A stretch of 47,724 nucleotides of DNA, counting the filler, from Stramenopiles sp. TOSAG23-2 (taxonomy: Eukaryota), in NCBI GenBank assembly GCA_900128395.1. It is 2 parts of 2 records of this genome, joined end to end, with 100 filler letters (N's around TTAATTAATTAA, not from the genome) between each part and the next. Parts side by side here need not be neighbours in the genome. Positions count along the whole stretch, not along the records: positions 23,935 to 47,724 come from LT649481.1; 1 more part is not named here. One strand, written 5' to 3'. Made by a program: the position numbers and the translations under genes. The first letter of the stretch is position 1. Every line of letters starts with the position of its first letter. Under the pieces are notes generated by a model, which was not told the DNA's origin, searched no databases, and saw only the letters and a program-made list of their open reading frames with translations. This document shows, in pieces, positions 31,952-40,700 of the stretch.

Positions 31952-33319
31952 CTATTCTTCCACTACTTCTTCTACATCATCTTCATTCAATTCCATATTT
32001 GTTGTTGTCGTTGTTGTTGCTTCTTCTTCTTCTGATGCTGCTACAATACGTTCAAGCAGACCTTGTATTTGCTCAGGTGTTAATCCTCCTTCTGCCTGTT
32101 GTTGATTGTTTCCATCTCCACCAGTAGCTCTTTGTACAACATACTGCAAAAATCGTGATAAATTACTTTGCTCTTCCACTCCATCTTCATCATCATCTGA
32201 ACTTTCTTGTACATAATAATCATCATCTTCTTCCATTACATATTCTTCATCCTCCGCTTCTTCTTCTTCTTCTTCTTCTTCTTCCTGATCACCATCATCA
32301 TCATATTGGTTGCTAACATATCGTTGTCCCGTTTCGCTTTGCATCATATGTTGATGAATTAAACGTCGATAGTCCATTCCTCTTGACCTCCAACCAATAC
32401 CTTCACCACTTGAACCACGATTATTATTGTATTGGTTTGCTGAATTTGTGCCATATCCAAGTCTTAATTTTTTCTCTTCAATATGTTCTTCCACTCCACC
32501 AAACCAATTCCATGAGCACATATTGATAATATAAAACATAATTTCAGTTGGTAAAACATTTAATGGGGATTCATCCCGACGTAAAGAAGCTAATAATGTC
32601 AATGCACAACGTTTGTATTGAGTTGGAAATTTATTTGTTACCTTTGCTGTCGGTTTCCACATCAAAAATTTAACACCGTAGCTCAATCTACCAACAAATT
32701 CCCTACGTGGTCTCCATGCCCATCCCCAAAAACCTCTTGAATCAAATGGACGTGGTGAAATATGTGCACATCCTGAAGTTATTGTGATATAATTATCTTC
32801 ATGACTCACTTTATTTCGTTCATTATCATATACAATAGCTTGGTCATCTTGTCTCGTAGAATGTATATACAATCCAATTCTTTGGCCGACTGGTAACGAC
32901 AATGGATTTTCCAAAACCAACGGTATCAACTCGTCTGCTGGCTCATGCGTACCTTTGTATATTTGTGTCCATAAATCTTTCTTATCAAATCGTTTCTCGT
33001 GTGTACCTTCTATCATCCACACGGTCAAATTACCTAATGCACCACGTACCCAAATTTTATCTACTTCTAGATATTGTACAGGTAATAAATCTTTGACAAT
33101 TAAATCAAACATGATACCACAAAATGTATGATCTTCATGATCACGTGTATCTACGGCAAATGATTCATCTACGGTATAATCAGCTGCTGATTGCAAACGT
33201 AATAATTTTGGTGGTGCAACTTCTCCTTTACCTTTTGTTGTACAGTCGGAAGTAGAGGAAGAAGACGAAGAAGAACCATTTGGATTTACACCAGATTGGT
33301 CTGTAACATATGATGCCAT
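31952..33319 (-). CDS. Uncharacterised protein: globular beta-rich domain, F-box-like motif, acidic tail
   Basis: 455-aa ORF. Complex domain DHTFCGIMFD...WVRGALG...IGLYIHS...WRPRREFVGRLSY, then LNVLPTEIMFYIINMC and a long E/D-rich tail. Confidence 0.8.
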   Translation of the reverse strand: MASYVTDQSGVNPNGSSSSSSSTSDCTTKGKGEVAPPKLLRLQSAADYTVDESFAVDTRDHEDHTFCGIMFDLIVKDLLPVQYLEVDKIWVRGALGNLTVWMIEGTHEKRFDKKDLWTQIYKGTHEPADELIPLVLENPLSLPVGQRIGLYIHSTRQDDQAIVYDNERNKVSHEDNYITITSGCAHISPRPFDSRGFWGWAWRPRREFVGRLSYGVKFLMWKPTAKVTNKFPTQYKRCALTLLASLRRDESPLNVLPTEIMFYIINMCSWNWFGGVEEHIEEKKLRLGYGTNSANQYNNNRGSSGEGIGWRSRGMDYRRLIHQHMMQSETGQRYVSNQYDDDGDQEEEEEEEEEAEDEEYVMEEDDDYYVQESSDDDEDGVEEQSNLSRFLQYVVQRATGGDGNNQQQAEGGLTPEQIQGLLERIVAASEEEEATTTTTTNMELNEDDVEEVVEE

Positions 33320-34109
33320 TTGTTATATTATATATTATATATATATATATAATTTATCAAAATCAATTCACTTCGTCGATTTATATGATATTCTAATAAT
33401 TATTTAAGGAAATAAAAATGGATTCACGGGATGATTGGTCCGAATGATTAGTGGGATTGATTGTTTATACACAAATGTAACTAAGATATATATATAGTAC
33501 ATTTTTACAGCTTTTACATGTATTTATAATGTAAATAATAATCAAAAAAAAAAAAAGGTGATGATTGATTGTTGTGATTTGTTAGACTGAATTTAGTATG
33601 GAAATAGTATTATGGAAAAATGAAAATAGGCTTGAAGGATTGAAAAAAAGATCATAGAACATTTTTGTTATGACGTTTTATAAGGTTAATTTGGCACACA
33701 CCGCATCACCTCTAAAAAGCTACAGGAATACTGTACCTGGTACTGTACAGTACAGTATAATAAAAGGGATAATCTTTAATGTTATGGCAAATTTACCTTA
33801 ATATTATTGAATAAAACAACACATTAACATTAACATATCTCCAATCTCCAATCTCCAGGGTGAAGAACTCTCACCACAGCAGCTCTTCTTTTTTTCTCTC
33901 TTCTTATTCTTCTCATTTGGAAAATTTATACTACAGTATCCAGCTATCCGATAATTGTGTTGTACCTAGCCCGGGCTAGCGATGGAAAAATAGTACATAG
34001 ATGGATGTTAGAAAGGTAATTGTTTATAGCGGAGATTAAAATTTTACCGCCTTTTTTTTTAGCCAGGTTTTGAACATAACACAAAGAGCAACGCGGTAAT
34101 TCTTAGAAC

Positions 34110-34367
34110 ATGCCAGGAAACCATAATGAAAAATTGACGGTTCAGGGTATTTCTAAATGTAAAATAGATGATGTTGTTAAGCATCTACCAGATGGGCCTA
34201 TTGGAAAAGTTACGAAAATACAGACTGTAGCTGACGGCCCAAACGGTGTATGTACCTCGACCGAAGTTACAGTCACATGGGAAAATGGTAACATGAATCG
34301 ATTGAATCCAAGGGCACCGCCAAGTCATGAGGATTCTCCTAGTAATGTTGTCTATTGGAAACCGTAA
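34110..34367 (+). CDS. Small hypothetical protein (85 aa)
   Basis: GC-richer island with ATG and TAA, flanked by very AT-rich DNA; protein-like composition; GPIGKVTKI...EVTVTWENGNMN suggests a small beta-barrel. Confidence 0.55.
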   Translation: MPGNHNEKLTVQGISKCKIDDVVKHLPDGPIGKVTKIQTVADGPNGVCTSTEVTVTWENGNMNRLNPRAPPSHEDSPSNVVYWKP

Positions 34368-34747
34368 TGGAAAAATGAATATATATATTAAAATATATGC
34401 ATCATATATCCATATTTTATTTTTTTATAATATATATATTTTTTTATATTTTTTTAACAATTTTAAATTAATTAATACTCTCGTATATTATTTGATAATG
34501 TATTTTAATTTACGCATGCATAATTTATTCTTTTTATAAATTTGCTTTTATTTTTAAAATATGCTCTAACTCTCCTAGACTATGTATACTCTCCTCTGTT
34601 TTTTTTTTTGTTCAAACTTGTTATGCACACACTCTGGTGGTAGTTGTAGATGCGTTCAAAAATGTTTTTATTTATTCTTTCGATTTATAGTAGTATATAC
34701 CCTCTACCTCCTCTCTCGTTTGACTCTCTTTTAAACTTAGGAAAGGT

Positions 34748-36246
34748 TCAATCACGTTTCATAATATTTTGTGTCACTGGTGGTGGAGTGGTATTGTTCA
34801 ATTTTTCAATTTCACGTGCCATCCTATATATATTTAAATTAAAAATGTGGAGAGAGATTAAGATAAAAATGATATATTCAACAAAACTGGTTAGAAAAGA
34901 GGCTCTTTTAATATATATTAGTCTATGGTATATTCTACTTACATCAATTGTGATTTTCCTGTTGCCAATTTATGTGTCAATCCAATTAATTCTTTTCCAG
35001 ATGGTTTACAACATGTAAATCCACATGGCGATGGAAATGCAAAGCAAAAGCAACATAAACATGGAAATGGAAATCCGCATAGATATCGAACACAAAATCC
35101 AGGCATGCCACAGTTATCGGTATTGAAATGAAAAAAATGCCCATGTCCAAAGTGAGCGTACAACTCATGTTTTACTCCAGGTAAACCTGTCTTGTGTTTT
35201 ATCAATGCTTTTTTATTTAAATAATTTAATACATTTTGCGCAACTGTTTTACAACTTGGGATAATTTTTGGTATTCCATTCCATCCTTCTTTTTCCATTA
35301 AGTCACTACAACCAACTGCAAATATACGTGGATCTACAGTGGATTGTAATGTTTCATGATTTACAACCACTAAGCCATTTGCTTTTGTTGCACCACTAAT
35401 ATTGTTTAAATAATTACCTGCAACCCATTTCGCAAAGCATGGAAGATAGACATCTGCATTTATCTCTTTTCCACTTTTTAAAATATATTTACGATTTTTT
35501 TCACATGATGGCTGGTCAAAATCATCATGTACCATACGATCGTTTTTATGTAATATGACACCTTTTGACTTTTCAATAAAAGTTGTCACACGTTTACGAT
35601 CATCTTGACCATAATTATCATTTAAAACTGTATCTTCTGACATTACTATATGAATCTTAGCACCATTTTCAACATCACAAAATAATCTTGCATCCCCTGC
35701 CATTGTAATTGCAGTACTACCGCCTCCACCTATTAGTACATTTTTTGCACTTTTCATTGCATCACGATATTTCTTCATTTCGTCTTTTCGTGCATCCCAT
35801 TTAGCGCCAATTGATGGTTTTAATACTGGAACTGTAAATCCAGTAGCACATACAATAGCAACAGCAGTTAAATTTCTTCCTGTTGCATTGTTTAACTTCA
35901 CTTGCAATAAATTATTTTTTTCATTTTTTTCAACAGATACTACTGTATCAGTTATATATTCATGGACACCCGCTTGTTTCAATTTCCAATCTGGAAATGA
36001 GTGTGCATTATTATACGACTCTTCACCAGCCCACGTTAAAAATGCAGTTGACATTATATCTTGTTCATAAAATGTCCGTGAATCAATTACAATTATTTTA
36101 TACATATCATTGGCTTTTAAATTTAATAATTCTTGAACTGTTTTAAATCCTGACATACCATGCCCAATAATCACAATATTCTTATTTCCATCATTTGATT
36201 TTTCGGTCATATTTATACAATCGTTGTTGATATTCGTTGATGACAT
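34748..36246 (-). CDS. FAD/NAD(P)H oxidoreductase, AIFM2/FSP1(AMID)-like, with Cys-rich C-terminus; 2 exons (36246-34943, 34823-34748), ~459 aa
   Basis: NIVIIGHGMSG (FAD Rossmann fold), AIVCATG, NVLIGGGGSTAITMAGD (second dinucleotide fold) and TLQS...RIFAVGC. Splicing adds MMAREIEKLNNTTPPPVTQNIMKRD*. Confidence 0.85.
34824..34942 (-). other. Predicted 119-nt spliceosomal intron
   Basis: GTAAGT donor overlapping the apparent stop codon, TTCTAAC site, TATAG acceptor; yields an in-frame terminal exon. Confidence 0.8.
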
Positions 36247-36659
36247 CAATTGTTTTTTTTTTACATGTAAGTATATATATTTATATATTATTTTTTGTTT
36301 TATTTGTAGTGTGAGAGTTTTGGGTTAATACATTTATATTTGTATGTGGATATATATATTCCGGTCTTGTGCTGGTATGCCCACCACATAATGCCGATGA
36401 TATGGCCTCTTCTTTTCCTCGTAGCTGTAATCCTGGTAATCCAGGTAATACTGTTTCTATGTTAACAGTAATATATTGTAGTTTTTCTGTCGACCCCCGA
36501 TTATTAGTTTTTCCCACAAGCTTCTATAATAATAAAGAAGTATCTTTTTTGATTTTTTGTTGACTATACGAGTTAGATTAGATTATAAATAGTATATGGA
36601 GAACAAAAAAAAAGGAATAACATATATATGTACATATGAATACACCAATATAATATAAA

Positions 36660-37535
36660 ATGACATCAACAATTGAAGCAGTGTTTTTCGATGTAGGACG
36701 AACTTTGTACAATCGTGGTGGACCACAAGATTTTTATGTTCAAGAAAATAATGGACCATTTGTTGATTATTGTCGAAAGACGGTAGATATGACTCCAGAG
36801 GAATTAATGAAATCATTTTGGTTTCAAGCAACATATGGAAATAAGAAATCTTTAACTGGTATTGTGAAAGGAGATGATTTTAAATATGATTCAATGTTTA
36901 TGAAAACTGATATTCTTCCATATGTGACTGATCCTAAAATAAAAAAAGCGTTAGAATCGAATAAAGATTTTAAATATGATTCAATGTTTATGAAAACTGA
37001 TATTCTTCCATATGTGACTGATCCTAAAATAAAAAAAGCGTTAGAATCGAATAAATTAATATCTATTCAAGAAATATGTTTATTTTCACAAGTTGGTGCT
37101 AGATTAATTATGCCAATGATAAATATGATAAAAAGATTACGTAATAATAAAATTAACAATGTAAAAATAGGTATAATATCAGACCTCATTGATTTTGGAT
37201 TTGAACGTGAATTTGGGCAATTTTATTCACCAGAACATGATGATGAAAAATTTGAAAATATTAAATATTTATTTGATGATATTATTAAAAGTTTTGATGT
37301 TGGAATATGTAAACGAGAAAATGCAAGTGAAATTCTTCAATTAGCATGTAAACGATTAAATGTAAATCCAAATAATTGTATTTTTATTGATGATGGTGCA
37401 CATAATATTGAAATTGCACGTGGGTTGGGAATGACTGGATTTTTAATTGATGTAATGGATCGTAGTAATTTATATAATGTGATAGAATCTGTTGAGAGGC
37501 TTTGTGGTGGTGGTGGTGGTGGTAATGGATCGTAG
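36660..37535 (+). CDS. HAD-superfamily hydrolase (EPHX2/ACAD10 N-terminal phosphatase-like)
   Basis: Motif I AVFFDVGRTL, motif II IGIISD, motif III SFDVGICK, motif IV CIFIDDGAHNIEIARGLGM. Confidence 0.9.
   Translation: MTSTIEAVFFDVGRTLYNRGGPQDFYVQENNGPFVDYCRKTVDMTPEELMKSFWFQATYGNKKSLTGIVKGDDFKYDSMFMKTDILPYVTDPKIKKALESNKDFKYDSMFMKTDILPYVTDPKIKKALESNKLISIQEICLFSQVGARLIMPMINMIKRLRNNKINNVKIGIISDLIDFGFEREFGQFYSPEHDDEKFENIKYLFDDIIKSFDVGICKRENASEILQLACKRLNVNPNNCIFIDDGAHNIEIARGLGMTGFLIDVMDRSNLYNVIESVERLCGGGGGGNGS
36876..37055 (+). repeat. Perfect 90-bp tandem duplication (in frame, 30 aa)
   Basis: DFKYDSMFMKTDILPYVTDPKIKKALESNK occurs twice; the nucleotide copies starting at 36876 and 36966 are identical. 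Confidence 0.97.
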
Positions 37536-37595
37536 TAATTTATATAATGTGATAGAATCTGTTGAGAGGCTTTGTGGTGGTGGTGGTGGTGGTAA
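37452..37595 (+). repeat. Perfect 70-bp tandem duplication at the 3' end of the HAD gene
   Basis: GTAATGGATCGTAGT...(GGT)n unit starts at 37452 and again at 37522; GTAA microhomology at the ends. Confidence 0.97.
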
Positions 37596-37709
37596 ATTGT
37601 AGAGAGGGAGATACACACACACACACACAAAATATCAAAAAATACGCGTATCATACATAATATTTAATGATTTTATTTATTTTTTGAATTTTATCATATC
37701 ATTAACTTT

Positions 37710-40700
37710 TTACGACTCTCCTTCGCCTGATTCCTCTTGCATCTTTTTCATTATAGCTTGCATGCCCATTAATACAGCCATGTCGCCATCTATTTTGATC
37801 AATTGCTGTCCCATGCCAGTCATAAAATCTAGCTCTTTGCTACGTAATTTACCGAATGTTTCTAATGTCATGGATATGGTGGCATTGGCTTCCACATCTT
37901 CAGTTTTCACATCCATTGTACCAGCTGTCCCATCGAAAACTACAACTCCAACGTTTTCAAAATCCATTTTTAAAATACTAGTAAAACCAACATTTTTACC
38001 TTGTAGGGCTTCTTTCGCTTTCGTAACAAACATGTGGAATCCAGCATTTTTCTTTGCATCTTCCAATTTTTTTTTAGGTATGGAAACTCCACCAGTCAAT
38101 TCGCGTAATTGCTTTGCCAAGAATTTTACTTCAGCTGCTGCTGCTTCTTCAGCATCATCATCATCATCATCAAATGCTTGATTTTGGCGTAATTTAGCTT
38201 CTGCAATTTTAGCTGTTAACTCATCAATTTTTGCCTGGTCAACTACATTATTGTTTTCATTATTAGATTCTTCAATTTTTTTTTTTAGGTCTTTTTTTTC
38301 TTTTTTCAATGCTTTTGCTTTCTTGCGTGCCGCACTTAGAGCATCGTCATCCCCAAGATCAGCTGCATCGTTCATCTCATTTTTTGCATCTAAAATTGCT
38401 TGTTCCAGTTCAGCAAGCTTTTCTTGGTCGCTTTTCTGTACAACCTCCTCCGTTGGTTTTTCTGGTACGAATGATAGATCGACTGCTTTTAATTTACCAC
38501 TTTTTAAGTCATCTAAATCTTTTGACAATGCAATTACATGAAATAAATATCCCAAAGATTTAAATTTTTCAATGCAGGCGCTCAAACCTTCAACGTCTCC
38601 TTTCCATCTTGCAATTTCAGCTTCTAATACTACAACGTCTAAAGGCATGCAATCTAATTCCAGTGCGTACGACAATGCTTTTTCCAAGTTTTTGAATTGC
38701 TCTTCAAATGCGCGATCTTGCAATGCCAATGTGATTTTTGCTGCATATGCGACACCTGAACAACGATGGGTCCCTGGTAAAGTTTGCCCATATACATCTA
38801 GATTCCCACGCATTTCAACCATTAAATCTTTCAAATAATTTATCTTCCCTAGGTCTGCATCAGATTGACATTTTAAACTATTATAAATAAGTACAACAGC
38901 CACACATGACAAAGCATTATTTATTTCACAATGAGTATAAACTGGTAAAATCATATACCTACGAAAGATACTATGATCACTGCACTTTTTCATAAGCTGA
39001 AAAGCAACATCAACATCTCCCTCCAAGATACTAATTAAACTTTTAGATTTTGTTAAAAACCATGAACTACCACTTGAGGGAAAGGTACCTATAGCATTTG
39101 GAAACATTTTTTTCATATTTAGGCCTTTTTCAATAAATACGTGGGCTTCGTTAAAATTTCCTGCTGCAATTTGCATACCATGTTGTTGTACAGTAGATGA
39201 CTCAAAAGCTGTTGCTTTTTGGTCTTCAAGTGCTTCACTATCAAAACGAACTTTTGACATTCGTTCCGCATAATGCTTATACAACTTTATATTTCCCAGA
39301 GAAAAATATGCCCAGCTAATGTCCCTCAACACATTAATTTGCTGAATTGCGTATTTAATGTTACCGTCAATAAGACTGAATAACTCAATTAATCTCTCGA
39401 GGTTATCTTTTACCATTTCAGGTGCAATTATTACATACCAACCGTATGCACCTCCAAGAGCACTTACGCGACTCTCTGGTTTTAATCGTTCTGAATCAGA
39501 CAGTGCTAAAATCCTTCTAAATATCCTTCTTACCGCATCCGGTTGTGAACGTATCATCTTCATATTATTTTCTGTTGGCCAAGTAGAATGCAAACTACAC
39601 CAAATTTCATAATGAGACTGTTCATACGCAGCTGCAAGTGCATAATAGCGAAACCAGCTTAAAGTTGTATTAATATCCTCATCGGAAATGCTGTATTTTT
39701 TTTGAAACTCACTTTTCAATGCCACCCTGCTACCACCATTCAAGAATGATATTCCAAACGAAATTAATAGTTTTGCACGCTCCATTTCATCAAAGTTCTT
39801 CTCGTTTTTTGGTGGTAAGTCATCATATTCGCCATATTTTCGCATCATCTTATCTACAACACCCTGTGAGCGTTTCTGTGGCTTGAATGATTCATCGTCT
39901 AAATGATCCAGTGCCTTTAGCAGCATTTTTAGAAACTCAGTCCTATCACCATAAGAATAACGTGCATAGGCAACTAATGCCATCCAATATGGCACATTTT
40001 TCAAATTCTTACCATATGCTATTGCCTGGCTTAATGAATTCACACATTCTTTATATGCACCTATATCCAGCTGTATGAATGTGGCTTATGTGTTAGAGAG
40101 AATACTCGCTACATTTAGGAAAATAGAATTTTTACTTACAGCCTTGATTGCAGCATTTTGTAACAACTCACATCCACGTTTCACTTCACCACTACGCAAC
40201 CAATGATAGGCCAACACATCCATTTCAAATTTAATCGACGAATTTTCATATTCATTGGCTATAGCTAAATGCACTTCGCGTTTTTGAGAATCAAGCATCA
40301 AACTATACGAACTTTCAGTAATGATTTGATGTGTAAATTTCATCATTTTACTAACACTTTCGCCGGTAACAGATACAACTAGGTTCCTTCCTGCTAGTTT
40401 AGCTAATGTACTTTCAAGATGTTCTGGTTCTTGAGATGATAAAAATGCAGGTGCTACGTTTTGCAAGTTTTCCAATCGAAATTCAAAACCAAAGCAAGCA
40501 CACACCTTCACTAAAACTTTAGCTTGTTCATCCAGACTGTCAATACGTTCCATAACAGTATCCATAATTGAGTTAGGAAACTTAATATCTTGAATATTCC
40601 CTTTGAATAAAATCTTTCCATCATCGTCTTTGCTGACCATATCTCGTTCTTTCAACCAATTTGTCATGGATGATAAGTACATAGGAATACCTCCAGCTTT

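Noticed and set aside
36281..36563. Opposing short ORFs between the oxidoreductase and HAD genes
   Set aside because: Non-ATG starts, no motifs, and they occupy the divergent promoter space.
36876..37595. CRISPR-like array
   Set aside because: Only two-copy tandem duplications with no spacers, inside a eukaryotic gene, and no cas genes. The Cas4-like Fe-S nuclease motifs at 13000-14020 belong to DNA2.
40086..40088. Stop-codon readthrough or alternative genetic code joining the cyclase ORFs
   Set aside because: A canonical GTAAGT...CTAAC...CAG intron removes the stop, and TAA, TAG and TGA all terminate other genes normally.
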